From IMG/VR virus record IMGVR_UViG_3300032216_001981, positions 18,704-82,703 of that record: a stretch of 64,000 nucleotides of DNA, one strand, 5' to 3'. Of the stretch, positions 8,418-18,137 are shown piece after piece. The translations under genes were made by a program, and so were the position numbers. The notes under the pieces are model-generated. The model was not told the DNA's origin, did no database searches, and saw only the letters and a program-made list of their open reading frames with translations. Source of the stretch: a virus. Its lineage: Duplodnaviria > Caudoviricetes. Every line of letters starts with the position of its first letter. Position 1 is the stretch's first letter.

Positions 8418-10331
8418 TTATGCCAAAGAGTCGCCTGTGGCACGGCGAGCATTGTTTAAATCCTGCTGTGCAGAAGTCAAGTTAACCACCGCAGCTTGAA
8501 TGGCTCGGGCATCGCCTCGCTGTGTGGCTTGGTCCACAGACACCTGTGCCGACGCCACTGCGGCCTGCAAAGCGGGTAGTTGACTGGTGTAGGCATCCTC
8601 CAAGGCCTGTGCGGTATCGGCTTGACTTGACACCGGTTTACCAACCTTGGAACTTCTGGCAATGTTACGACCCTCCATTAGACTGGCCTGTATAGCATCG
8701 CCTGCGAGACTGGCAGTGGTTGCACCTGCCAATAATTTATTGTAGCCCACTTGCAGAGTATCCACTCCCATCGAGGCCAAACTGGATCCAAAACTTAGAA
8801 ACGGCATAACACTGTTGCCGAGATTAACCACTGAAGTTGACAGTGTCTTGCCCGCCAACGACAAATTACTAACCTCGGTGTTGAGTTTATTCAAAGCCCC
8901 GGCTGTGGCTTGATTGCCTATGTCATAGGCCGACTTTAGAGATGCATTTACCAAGGCTTGACTATTGAGTGCGGCTATGGCAGTGTCAAGGTCGGCCTGG
9001 GCCGAAGCTACATCAGGATCGGTACTGGGATCAGCACTGGCAGCAATGGCCGCATTTAATGCAGTGGTCTTGGTAAACACATCTTGACCATATGAACTGT
9101 TTTGCACTGCAACCACACTGGCGTTGATGTTTTTAAATGCATCTGTGTGTACAATTCCCGCCACAGACCCAATCATATCGCTCATGGTGGGATTGCCAAA
9201 TGGTCCACCTCCTTGGCCCAAGAAGGGAGACAGTGCCGAAGTGACACTGGTGGGAATCAATTGAGTTAGACTTTCAAGATACTGTAGGCTTTTGGTTTCA
9301 ACACCGGCAATGAAATCTCCCATTTTAAAATTGTCGGCCTGTACTCCTAGATTAGTTAAAGTATTTCCCAATTGTCCTAGGCCAGCTACACCGGCGTTGG
9401 CAATGCCCATGGCGGCCAGGGCCTGTGGTGGTAGGAATTTTTCCACTTGCAACATTTGGCTTAAATTTTGCACTGTCTGTACCAGCTTTACTCCTGTGGC
9501 TTCCTGTATTTTTTTAAGATCATCACCCTCAACTGTTGCCAACGATGCTGTCAGTACTGATTCGGGAATGGAATTTAAATCTTTGGGATCATAGCCCTGT
9601 GTTGCAATGGCATCGTTGATGCCATAACGGTCTGCTAGCCCTTTCTCCTGTAGACTTGCCACCATGCTACGACTGCTGGCCAACTTGCCTAGATTTTTAA
9701 AATCAAACAGTGTGCCAAAGTTTTGCAAACTATTGCCCACACTTTTGAGTCCATCGCCAACAAAACTACTGGCAGCTCCCGAGGGGTCCAGTGTTGCCAA
9801 TGCAGTAGCTGGACTCAATGTTCCCAAGGTGCTGTTTTTTGCCGCAGAGGCCACTCCAGAAATTCCAGCCTGCAGTGATGGCATGATAGCACCAACCCCA
9901 CTGGTCAACAGGCCCGTGTAATTGTTAATTCCAACTCCAAGATCACCAAAGGTTTTGCCACTGAATTGTTGCAACGCAGCGGCGTATTCGGATGCAGTAG
10001 ATCCAAATACACTGGCACTGCCAAATGTGTCAAGAAAATTTTTGTTGCCCATTGCTGTGCCGGCTCCGGGCAATATGCCCTGTGCTTGTGTCAGCACACT
10101 GGCGCCGGTGGTGCCCGAGGTACCTAGGAAAGCGGGAAGACTGGCCAGTGTGGCAGCGAGTCCCGGTACTGCGTTGGCTCCCGAGGTGTAGGGAGTCAGT
10201 GCCGAAAAACCTGAAATCATGGGATTACTGGTTACGGTGGAAATAGCCGCGGTCATGGCCGAGTTGATGGAAAATCCATCTCCCGACATGATGCCGGTTA
10301 CTGCAATTAAATTTGTTGGGGTCAATGCCAT
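8418..10331 (-). CDS. Large Ala/Gly/Ser-rich putative virion protein
   Basis: 637-aa helical low-complexity ORF directly downstream of the PAAR-like gene. Confidence 0.6.
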   Translation of the reverse strand: MALTPTNLIAVTGIMSGDGFSINSAMTAAISTVTSNPMISGFSALTPYTSGANAVPGLAATLASLPAFLGTSGTTGASVLTQAQGILPGAGTAMGNKNFLDTFGSASVFGSTASEYAAALQQFSGKTFGDLGVGINNYTGLLTSGVGAIMPSLQAGISGVASAAKNSTLGTLSPATALATLDPSGAASSFVGDGLKSVGNSLQNFGTLFDFKNLGKLASSRSMVASLQEKGLADRYGINDAIATQGYDPKDLNSIPESVLTASLATVEGDDLKKIQEATGVKLVQTVQNLSQMLQVEKFLPPQALAAMGIANAGVAGLGQLGNTLTNLGVQADNFKMGDFIAGVETKSLQYLESLTQLIPTSVTSALSPFLGQGGGPFGNPTMSDMIGSVAGIVHTDAFKNINASVVAVQNSSYGQDVFTKTTALNAAIAASADPSTDPDVASAQADLDTAIAALNSQALVNASLKSAYDIGNQATAGALNKLNTEVSNLSLAGKTLSTSVVNLGNSVMPFLSFGSSLASMGVDTLQVGYNKLLAGATTASLAGDAIQASLMEGRNIARSSKVGKPVSSQADTAQALEDAYTSQLPALQAAVASAQVSVDQATQRGDARAIQAAVVNLTSAQQDLNNARRATGDSLA

Positions 10332-10383
10332 AGAAATATACCTTTGTGTGTATATTTAATCTTTTTAATTAACTGCTGTTATT

Positions 10384-10641
10384 TTAATTGACTGAGATGC
10401 CACTGCTACCCATCATGGTGATGGTGGTGTTTTTATTGGTTTTACTGCCTTTGATGGCCATGGGTTTGCCGTTGATGGTGACACCTTCACTAAACTCGCT
10501 TTGTATAATTTTACCATCTTCTAATCTACTGCCTTTGAGTGCAACAGGTTTGCCGTTGATGGTGACACCTTCGCTGACATCACTGACTATGGCTTTGTTT
10601 TTGCTATCTCTATCGCCCTTGAGTGCTGGCTGTTTGCTCAT
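10384..10641 (-). CDS. PAAR-like spike-tip protein lacking Cys/His
   Basis: Three PAAR-type repeats (QPALKGD, VTINGKPVALKGS, VTINGKPMAIKGS); exact 26-bp DNA repeat at 10463-10488 and 10547-10572. Confidence 0.65.
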   Translation of the reverse strand: MSKQPALKGDRDSKNKAIVSDVSEGVTINGKPVALKGSRLEDGKIIQSEFSEGVTINGKPMAIKGSKTNKNTTITMMGSSGISVN

Positions 10642-10967
10642 TAGATTACGATTCCACCACGTGTGACTGGTTCAATACCAGTGGTGGTTTTGATGTAGTG
10701 ATTTTGCAGTTGTTCCACTGTGGGAGATTTTATCATAACATGCTGACGACTTATTTCTATGTTAGACTCCGGGTCAATGCTGAACATAGACGCCATGTGC
10801 ATGGGCACCAGCATGACACCTTGTTGTCCGGGCACCAACGAACAGGGCTTGCTCAGCACATAAGCATCGTTGGTGATGTCCTTAATTCGTGCAACTACTT
10901 CCTCGCCATTGGTTAACTTGAAACTTGCAATATCCCCAATTGAAATATCATTTTTTGAAATTAACAT
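10641..10967 (-). CDS. Sm-like/SH3-fold hypothetical protein
   Basis: SFKLTNGEEVVARI beta pattern recalled from T4-like phage Sm-like proteins. Confidence 0.45.
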   Translation of the reverse strand: MLISKNDISIGDIASFKLTNGEEVVARIKDITNDAYVLSKPCSLVPGQQGVMLVPMHMASMFSIDPESNIEISRQHVMIKSPTVEQLQNHYIKTTTGIEPVTRGGIVI

Positions 10968-10968
10968 A

Positions 10969-11214
10969 TTATCCTTTTAATGATTGAAAAAATTCCAGTG
11001 ATTGCGTTTGTAAACCTTGTAATCCGCCGGGAACTAACAGTTGCCCGTTGCGATAAATTTGCGGTACACTTCTATGTCCTTCGCTCAGCATAAATTCTCT
11101 GGCTGCAGATTGTTCATCGCATTTAATTTCTGTATAGGCAACATCGTGCGAGTCTAATAATTGTTTTGCTTGTTGGCACTGCGGACAATGGTTTTTTGAG
11201 TAAATTGTTATCAT
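10969..11214 (-). CDS. Glutaredoxin
   Basis: CPQC active site, HRSVPQI, GGLQGL; next to nrdAB. Confidence 0.92.
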   Translation of the reverse strand: MITIYSKNHCPQCQQAKQLLDSHDVAYTEIKCDEQSAAREFMLSEGHRSVPQIYRNGQLLVPGGLQGLQTQSLEFFQSLKG

Positions 11215-11221
11215 AATTTTC

Positions 11222-11980
11222 TTATCGTTTTAATAAATTTTTATTTTTTATATCAGTCAACAACATATCGGCCCATACAGCATGAGTATCAAAATTTGGA
11301 TGAAACCCATCATCTTGTAAATCATTTCGATCCATTGCTAGTTCGTAAATACCGTCACGCCGGTTGTTTGCAAACAGCCATTGACTAAAATCAATTTGAT
11401 CCACTAGGTATTTTAAATCTTGAAATTGATGAATTCCAAAATCCAATTGTCCCACGTGTTTTTCTCTGGTCCAATAGTTTACGTAACTGCTCATGATGTA
11501 AGGTATATTCCTCTGTTTTAAATAACTCTGTAAACTGAGAATAGAGACCAGGGTATCTTGGGCCATGCTGCGTTCATTGCTGTACTTGTACAAGGGATCA
11601 AATATTTCTTTGGTGGCGGGATGATGTTCCCAACTGCCCTTGATGCCACCACTGAGCACATAACTGGTTTGATGTCCGGACCAACGTACATATCCATATC
11701 CCTCCAATGCCGACATAACAGTTTGATCCTCGTGATCTATGGATACATCCTTGCGGGTCAATCCCGACCACATGATGATGGCCAAATCCGGAGCAGTACG
11801 CATGTAACTGTCTAAAATTAATTTATCACCAATGTAACGATTACCGGCGCCGGGCATGCCGTTGTTTTGTAACTTTACTTCTTGACCAAATGCCTCCTGC
11901 ATACGGTCAGCCAGCATGTGTGGCCAACCACGCATTTGAGCGTAGGTAAAACTGCAACCCACTGTAGTTAAGTTTATCAT
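11222..11980 (-). CDS. SGNH/GDSL-like hydrolase or acyltransferase
   Basis: GCSFT, PGAGN, DGFHPN; paralogous to 19205. Confidence 0.65.
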   Translation of the reverse strand: MINLTTVGCSFTYAQMRGWPHMLADRMQEAFGQEVKLQNNGMPGAGNRYIGDKLILDSYMRTAPDLAIIMWSGLTRKDVSIDHEDQTVMSALEGYGYVRWSGHQTSYVLSGGIKGSWEHHPATKEIFDPLYKYSNERSMAQDTLVSILSLQSYLKQRNIPYIMSSYVNYWTREKHVGQLDFGIHQFQDLKYLVDQIDFSQWLFANNRRDGIYELAMDRNDLQDDGFHPNFDTHAVWADMLLTDIKNKNLLKR

Positions 11981-11985
11981 AATGT

Positions 11986-11991
11986 ATTATA
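11986..11991 (-). promoter_or_regulatory. -10 box 5 nt upstream of ATG 11980 (leaderless)
   Basis: TATAAT-ACATT-ATG, the same 14-mer as at 44704-44717. Confidence 0.5.
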
Positions 11992-13087
11992 AATTAGGTA
12001 ATGCTGTGTAGTCAATGGAATCGGACATGATACCGATTACATAGTTTGTTGATTCTGACTCCTGTAGTGCAGTCTGCTTTTTGCTGGTGTCTGTGTGCTT
12101 GTTAAACCACGGAATTGGTGTTGATTTGGGTGAAGATTGCTGGTATTTGATGCCAATATCCTTCAATGCCGCTGCCGCAGTGTAATCCACAAAATCCTTA
12201 AGTATATTGGCATTGAGTCCAATCACCGGGCCCTTTTTAAACAGGTATTCGGCCCAGGACTTTTCTTCACGTATTACATCTGCATACATAGCATACACTT
12301 CTGCTTCGCACTCCTGTTTCGCTTGAGCAAAACGTGAGTCTTCTTTTGCTACTTGATTAATCAAATAAGCAGTCCAAGCCTTGTGCAATAATTCATCTTG
12401 TAAGATTAAACTGATGATATTGCCATTACCAATAAAGATTTTGTTTTCTACCATTGCTAAACTTGTAGCAAATGAAACCATAAAACGCAAGGCTTCCAGT
12501 GCATAACTGGCATTCAGTGCCAACCAAATTGCTTTGATATGTTCTCGTTCGTCCACTGTTGCACTGGATTCTTTTAGACAATTTAGTTTATGCAGTGCAT
12601 CATAGTAGTTGCCAACTGTTGATGCCATGTCAATGATTTCTTCGGTGTCGTGAATGGTGTTGAAGACATCTTTTGGTACATTGTAAATGTTGCGTATGAT
12701 ATGGCTGTAACTCTTGCTGTGAATGTTTGATTCAAAAAATCCCCAGTTGTACATTAAGGCTTCAACTTCGGGTAAACTACACACCGGAGTAAACACCTGT
12801 GTTGGGCCGCGACCTTGTAGGCTATCTAGTGCTGTTTGTCTCAACAAGTTACTGGTAAAGATATGTCGAACCGCATCGCTTGCATCTTTGAAATCATTGC
12901 TATCTTTAGTTAAACTAATTTCTTCTGGTTGCCAAAAGAATCCTCTGGCAGTGGCTTCAAAGTCAGCAATCTTGGGATAGCGTACTTCTTCAAAGCGTTG
13001 TATAGTCACAGGACCAGCTGGGTCTAGAAACATCTTGCGACCGAGATAGTTAGTTGGGGTTCGTAAATTGTATTGTTCTTTACTCAT
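11987..13087 (-). CDS. nrdB: Ribonucleotide reductase class Ia beta subunit
   Basis: FFWQPEEI, LDSLQGRG, IHSKSY (radical Tyr), ALEALRF, DELLH. Confidence 0.97.
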   Translation of the reverse strand: MSKEQYNLRTPTNYLGRKMFLDPAGPVTIQRFEEVRYPKIADFEATARGFFWQPEEISLTKDSNDFKDASDAVRHIFTSNLLRQTALDSLQGRGPTQVFTPVCSLPEVEALMYNWGFFESNIHSKSYSHIIRNIYNVPKDVFNTIHDTEEIIDMASTVGNYYDALHKLNCLKESSATVDEREHIKAIWLALNASYALEALRFMVSFATSLAMVENKIFIGNGNIISLILQDELLHKAWTAYLINQVAKEDSRFAQAKQECEAEVYAMYADVIREEKSWAEYLFKKGPVIGLNANILKDFVDYTAAAALKDIGIKYQQSSPKSTPIPWFNKHTDTSKKQTALQESESTNYVIGIMSDSIDYTALPNL

Positions 13088-13332
13088 TGTATTCTCTTGT
13101 TAATAATTTTAATTCCGCCGTATGTAACTAGAACAAGTGTTAGTACCTTTGCAATCAATTGCCATTCTATGTTATTATCGGCTTCTATGTCGATTTTTGC
13201 AATCGGAGTATCCACGTTTACCTTTAATTCTATGGGAGCAGGTCGTGCGGCTTTTTCTTGACCGTATAAAAACATTACTGTTGCTACGCCAATCATTAAA
13301 CTGATCCAAATTGATATTATTAATTTTTTCAT
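13084..13332 (-). CDS. Small two-TM membrane protein inserted between nrdA and nrdB
   Basis: Two hydrophobic segments; overlaps both neighbours by 4 nt. Confidence 0.6.
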   Translation of the reverse strand: MKKLIISIWISLMIGVATVMFLYGQEKAARPAPIELKVNVDTPIAKIDIEADNNIEWQLIAKVLTLVLVTYGGIKIINKRIQ

Positions 13333-15650
13333 AATTTACAGGCCTCGCAGGATTCTTCACCATCAAAGTCAATCGGTTCTAGCATTGGGGGTGTATCTTC
13401 TGCTTCGGCCTTAGCACCTTGTTTATTCACGAGGCTATAATAAAAAGTTTTCAATCCCCAATAGTGACTTTGCATCAAGTTCTTAGCAATCAGTGTAGTT
13501 GGGACTTTTCTGTCAGCAAAATGTGCAGGGTTATAAAAAGTATTTGTACTGATACTTTGATCCACATAGGCCGCAATCACTGCGGCTGTTTTTAAATAAC
13601 CATCACAGTCTTTCTGTTCCCACATGAGTTGATACCGGTTCTTTAACTTGTGATATTCAGGAACAACCTGTGTAAAACTTCCAGCTTTGCTTTCTTTAAC
13701 CGAGATCAAACTCATGGGCATTTCAATACCATTGGTTGAATTGATTACAACACTAGAACTTTCAACTGGGGCAACTGCCATTAAAGTAGCATTACGCACA
13801 CCATATTGCCGCATGTTGGTTCTTAGTGTTTCCCAATCCAGTTCAGGAGCAAAGTCTGCCAAGTCATTAACACCTGGGGCACGACGCTCCCATGGAAACT
13901 CACCTTGACCGTAACGTGTTCTATCACTGTGCAAGCAAGCACCACGCTCGCGGGCAAGTTCCACAGTGGCTTCGGTTAAATAAAATGCCTGATGTTCCAT
14001 CCATGTTTTAACATCTTGCAGTGCATCCTGCTCGCCGTATTGGTAACTGCGTTTGGCATGCCAGTAGGCCAAGTTAGTGACACCAATGCCCAAGGGTTGA
14101 ATTTCGTCATTGCTTAGTCGGCTTTGTACGCTGAGGAAATCTTGGTAGTCAAGTATGTTGCATAGGCTACGTTGCAAGATACGGCAAGCACGGCGCATGT
14201 CTTCGGGATTACGGAATGCTCCCCAGTTGATTGAACCCAAGGTACACAAAGCAATTCTGCCCGTGTCGTCATCTAATCTCTTAAAAGGTTTGGTGGGTAA
14301 TAGTATTTCACAGCACAGGTTACTTTGATAGATGGTGTGATACTCGGGATCAAACGGTCCTTGATTCTGAACATTGTCAATGTATACAAGATAGATACGC
14401 CCAGTATCTGTGCGTTCTTTCAGTATGCCCGATTTAAATACTTCTTCTGCACTCATTGTTTTCTTACGCAGGTCTCGACGCTGTTCATACTCAACATATA
14501 GTTTTTCAAACTGTTCTGTATTTTTATAAAAAGCCTCGTACAAGTCTGGAACTTCGTTGGGATCAAAGAAAGTAATATCTTCTTTATTTTTAAATCTACG
14601 CCAAAAGAAAGCACTGAGTACTACACCATAGTCCATGTGCCTAACTCGAGTTTCTTCTGTGCCTTGATTGTTTTTTAAAACAATTAAATCATCGAACTGA
14701 TGATGCCATATGGGATAAAACACTGTGGCACTTGCGTTGCGAATACCACCTTGACTGCAACTACGCAAGTCGCCAAACCATTTTTTAAGGAATGGAATCA
14801 TACCTGTGTGCATGATTTCTCCACCACGTATGGGCGAGCCCAAGGGACGCAGTCTTCCAATTTCCAAACCAATACCGGCACGTTTGCTGGCATACTTGGC
14901 CATCATCTCACCCGATGCAAAGATGCTGTCAAGGTCATCGTCGGCCTTGATCAGCACACATGAACTAAATTGTTTTGTGGGAGTACCCAAGCCGGCCAAC
15001 ACTGGAGTGGCCAGTGTAAAAAGTCCATCACTGGCACAGTTGTAATATTCTTTAATATAACGCATACGTGCCGAGTTGGGTTCTTCTCTATGGAACACTG
15101 TTGCAGCCGCAACCATGTATCTAATTTGTGGAGTTTCGTATGTTTGTCGTGTTGCACGATTTTTAACAAGATATTTTTCAATCAACTGCTCAATAGCAGC
15201 ATAGGAATACTGTTCGTCTCGATCATGATCCAACATGTCGTTCATTCTGTTCCAGTCATCTTCAGTGTACCACTCCAGTAGTTCTGGGGTATATAATCCT
15301 GTGGCGACATTTGTTTTTACGATTTCATACAGATGTGGAACTGCGTATGAACCATACACATCTTTGCGTAACATGCTTAAACGTTGTTTGCCTGCCACGT
15401 ATTGATAATTGACATGTCCCACATCGGGATTGGTTTCTACATCGATGAGATCCACTATGGCTCTTAGGGTTATTTCGTCAATTTCTTTGGTTGTAATACC
15501 GTCATAAAAGTGCGGTTGGCTTTTAATTTCTATCATACTCTGACTGACGTCAGCAATTCCAGTGCATATTTTATTGATTTGTGTTTGCCACTTTTCCACT
15601 GCCAACGGTTCTTTTGTGCCGTTTCTTTTTACAACTTGAATTGATGTCAT
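13329..15650 (-). CDS. nrdA: Ribonucleotide reductase class Ia alpha subunit with ATP cone
   Basis: VVKRNG, QFSSCVL, QSNLCCEI, VAPVESSS, DQSISTN, GLKTFYY, C-terminal CEAC. Confidence 0.98.
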   Translation of the reverse strand: MTSIQVVKRNGTKEPLAVEKWQTQINKICTGIADVSQSMIEIKSQPHFYDGITTKEIDEITLRAIVDLIDVETNPDVGHVNYQYVAGKQRLSMLRKDVYGSYAVPHLYEIVKTNVATGLYTPELLEWYTEDDWNRMNDMLDHDRDEQYSYAAIEQLIEKYLVKNRATRQTYETPQIRYMVAAATVFHREEPNSARMRYIKEYYNCASDGLFTLATPVLAGLGTPTKQFSSCVLIKADDDLDSIFASGEMMAKYASKRAGIGLEIGRLRPLGSPIRGGEIMHTGMIPFLKKWFGDLRSCSQGGIRNASATVFYPIWHHQFDDLIVLKNNQGTEETRVRHMDYGVVLSAFFWRRFKNKEDITFFDPNEVPDLYEAFYKNTEQFEKLYVEYEQRRDLRKKTMSAEEVFKSGILKERTDTGRIYLVYIDNVQNQGPFDPEYHTIYQSNLCCEILLPTKPFKRLDDDTGRIALCTLGSINWGAFRNPEDMRRACRILQRSLCNILDYQDFLSVQSRLSNDEIQPLGIGVTNLAYWHAKRSYQYGEQDALQDVKTWMEHQAFYLTEATVELARERGACLHSDRTRYGQGEFPWERRAPGVNDLADFAPELDWETLRTNMRQYGVRNATLMAVAPVESSSVVINSTNGIEMPMSLISVKESKAGSFTQVVPEYHKLKNRYQLMWEQKDCDGYLKTAAVIAAYVDQSISTNTFYNPAHFADRKVPTTLIAKNLMQSHYWGLKTFYYSLVNKQGAKAEAEDTPPMLEPIDFDGEESCEACKL

Positions 15651-15658
15651 TGAATCCT

Positions 15659-16108
15659 CTAATATTCTTGTAATTTTAAATCTGTACTGCTGTAGGTTTT
15701 AATGTGTGCTAGATTTTTATTTATTGAAACAATATTTACTACTTTGCCATCTTGGAAATTAAGCACATATTTTCCTTGATCTAAAACAACTAAATTGTAA
15801 GTGTGTTCGGTATCTAAATCTTTATATATGTGTATTTCTGCACTCAACTCAGCACCGTGATGTGTAAAGTATACAGTATACAACATACCAGCAGCACGAG
15901 CAAGATCGCAGTAGTGATTTTCTGCAATCAACTCCCATGGTGTAGGCCATGTCATGGGATAATCTGGATCTAAATAAAAAGGAGAGAATGGACAATGGTG
16001 CCAAAAATCAGCTGTGTTTTGCAGTGCCTGATCCACGGGCAAGGAGTCTAGGGTTTTTCTAAAGGCTTTCCAGCGAGCAATACGCTCACTGGCGGGTAGT
16101 TTCCACAT
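15659..16108 (-). CDS. Hypothetical protein, transglutaminase/BTLCP-like fold suspected
   Basis: WPTPWELIAENHYCDLARA resembles BTLCP WxTPxE...DCEDYA. Confidence 0.45.
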   Translation of the reverse strand: MWKLPASERIARWKAFRKTLDSLPVDQALQNTADFWHHCPFSPFYLDPDYPMTWPTPWELIAENHYCDLARAAGMLYTVYFTHHGAELSAEIHIYKDLDTEHTYNLVVLDQGKYVLNFQDGKVVNIVSINKNLAHIKTYSSTDLKLQEY

Positions 16109-16111
16109 GAA

Positions 16112-16654
16112 TTATTTTATGTAATATACTTGATACAACATAGTAGTTGCAGTGGTTGTGGTGTAATATAAATTGGCTTGAGTGGTATTGCCATTGGCCG
16201 AGAATACAATATCTGTTACTGCTGTTTGGTTGTATTCTTCATCGTAAGAGACTGTACTGCTTGTAGCGTATCTTGACAAGTCAATTGCCCCACTGCGTTG
16301 TACAGATCCTTGGTTCAGTGTGTATTTAATTATTGCATTGTTGGAGGTGATTGAAGTAATTTGCCCCGACGAAGTAGAAGGTAACGATATATTTACAGTT
16401 TTAGGTAATTGCCCGGTTAATTGATTTTGTATTTGAGTCAGTGCGTCTTGAATGGCTGTTAAATTGGCACCCGAACCCTGTGGATAAATTAAAGTTTTGC
16501 CGCCGGGCACAGGTGCACCCTCGCTGGCAGTGCCATTGCCGATCCACAACTCCATGGTGTCGTTGCTCCAACCAAGTTCGCCCGAGGCTAAATTTGGAAG
16601 ATCCTGGCTGAGACCTCTACGTATCTGTATTTTTGAAATTTGTGTTATTGCCAT
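16112..16654 (-). CDS. Virion protein with Mtd-N-like domain
   Basis: ISKIQIRRG...LASGELGWSNDTMELWIGNG. Confidence 0.7.
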   Translation of the reverse strand: MAITQISKIQIRRGLSQDLPNLASGELGWSNDTMELWIGNGTASEGAPVPGGKTLIYPQGSGANLTAIQDALTQIQNQLTGQLPKTVNISLPSTSSGQITSITSNNAIIKYTLNQGSVQRSGAIDLSRYATSSTVSYDEEYNQTAVTDIVFSANGNTTQANLYYTTTTATTMLYQVYYIK

Positions 16655-16684
16655 GCTTAAATATTCCTAGTTGTATCTAAGTAT

Positions 16685-17395
16685 TTAGTTTGCAAGATAG
16701 TATAGTTCAACTCTCTTATTCCATTCTCCCACATAATGATCAAATTCTGCACCTTCCAGTACAAATTCTTGATACACCGGAGTATTGTACACTCCCGGTG
16801 ATGTTTCTTTGGGTTGCACACACATCATAATGACCCCTTTGCGTATATCAGTTTTGTGCATGTGGTTGTGTGCCTGTGCGTAGGCTGCCAATTGTACAAA
16901 ATAATCGCCGATATATTCACGTTTTTTAGGTTTATTACTTTGTTTATAGTCCATAATTGCAGGCTCGCCACCATGTACTCCCACCGAGTCAGTTGTTCCG
17001 GCGTATAACCCGCTGTAATACACCGGCACTTCAACTCCCCATACTTCCTCAATGAGTGCAAATCCGTCTAGAATTACCTGTGCCGCCATGAGCCAGCTGG
17101 GCATAGCAAAAGGATTGGTGGGAGGATCACGCATGTCTCCAGTTTTGACATAGTGTTCTAAGTAGGTGTGCATTCGTGTACCCCTATTGGCGGCTTCGGT
17201 TGTGATCTGTTGAGCACGTTCTACACCAATGCTTTGACGCCAACGATCCAGTGCCTGTTTAGATTCTTCGCTTTTGGTTCGATCTAAAATTGATGTTACG
17301 CTGGCAACTTTAGATCCATCGGGCAAGCAATAGTGTCTTTTTCCATCTATGGTTTCACGACTGAGGGGTTCATAATTGTATCGAGATATTAGCAT
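16685..17395 (-). CDS. PD-(D/E)XK exonuclease
   Basis: SVTSILD, RGTRMH, YAGTTD, IMDYKQS, YFVQLAAYA. Confidence 0.88.
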   Translation of the reverse strand: MLISRYNYEPLSRETIDGKRHYCLPDGSKVASVTSILDRTKSEESKQALDRWRQSIGVERAQQITTEAANRGTRMHTYLEHYVKTGDMRDPPTNPFAMPSWLMAAQVILDGFALIEEVWGVEVPVYYSGLYAGTTDSVGVHGGEPAIMDYKQSNKPKKREYIGDYFVQLAAYAQAHNHMHKTDIRKGVIMMCVQPKETSPGVYNTPVYQEFVLEGAEFDHYVGEWNKRVELYYLAN

Positions 17396-17418
17396 TAGTT
17401 AAGTAAAGGTTATGGGGG

Positions 17419-18039
17419 TCACAGCAGTTGGCTGGCCAATGGGGTCAGTGCTGTGGGATACGCTTGATCTTGACGACAAAAATCGTTGATCTTTTCAGCC
17501 AACCGTTGGTTTGTTTTATATAATTCGTCTATGTACCAATAGGGCACTGTACGCTCGTAGAAATTGTTGGGTAATTCAGGAATAGCAGTTGTTAGATTTA
17601 AATTGTAATGTTTATTTAAAACCACAGGCAAAAGATCGAGTTCACTGACATCAAAGAATACACCATTGGCAAGTGAGTTTGTATAGGCTTGATACAAGCC
17701 ACTGTGACAGCTTTTATCTGATCGCACTATGGGTATTTGACAGTGACCTGGTTCGATCCAAGACAATATAAATTTCATTGCTGTTTCTTTGACTTGACTC
17801 CAAGAATGTGTATTTAGATTCACTACGTTTTGATCCAACATTATTCCATGTAGGTCAGCTGCTATACCACGTATGATTCTATCGTAACTGTTTCTATAAG
17901 GGAAATACCAATCTAAATTCTCCGTACGGATGTCGTTGATAAATTCTAAATTATTTTGTCGGGCCCATTCGGTTATGCTGTAGGCACAACATTCGGGGAT
18001 CACAGCAACAGCAAATTCTCCGTTGGTTACAACGTTCAT
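17419..18039 (-). CDS. Hypothetical protein
   Basis: 206-aa ORF with GGAG SD. Confidence 0.6.
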   Translation of the reverse strand: MNVVTNGEFAVAVIPECCAYSITEWARQNNLEFINDIRTENLDWYFPYRNSYDRIIRGIAADLHGIMLDQNVVNLNTHSWSQVKETAMKFILSWIEPGHCQIPIVRSDKSCHSGLYQAYTNSLANGVFFDVSELDLLPVVLNKHYNLNLTTAIPELPNNFYERTVPYWYIDELYKTNQRLAEKINDFCRQDQAYPTALTPLASQLL

Positions 18040-18126
18040 ATTTTAAATGTCTCCCTATCAAAATTTCTAAGATAACACCATGGTCTCCTCATACAAGTAT
18101 AATTATAGAGGTTAGTTATCATTGTG

Positions 18127-18132
18127 TAAATA
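18127..18132 (+). promoter_or_regulatory. Late-type TAAATA box 5 nt upstream of ATG 18138 (leaderless)
   Basis: TAAATA-CTTGT-ATG. Confidence 0.55.
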
Positions 18133-18137
18133 CTTGT

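Noticed and set aside
11987-15650. Introns, inteins or homing endonucleases in nrdA/nrdB
   Set aside because: Both genes are continuous and of normal length. The intervening ORF is a small membrane protein with no nuclease motif.
18067-18089. Four-codon uORF (MVLS) with AGGAG upstream of gene 17419-18039
   Set aside because: SD spacing is only 3 nt and there is no other support.
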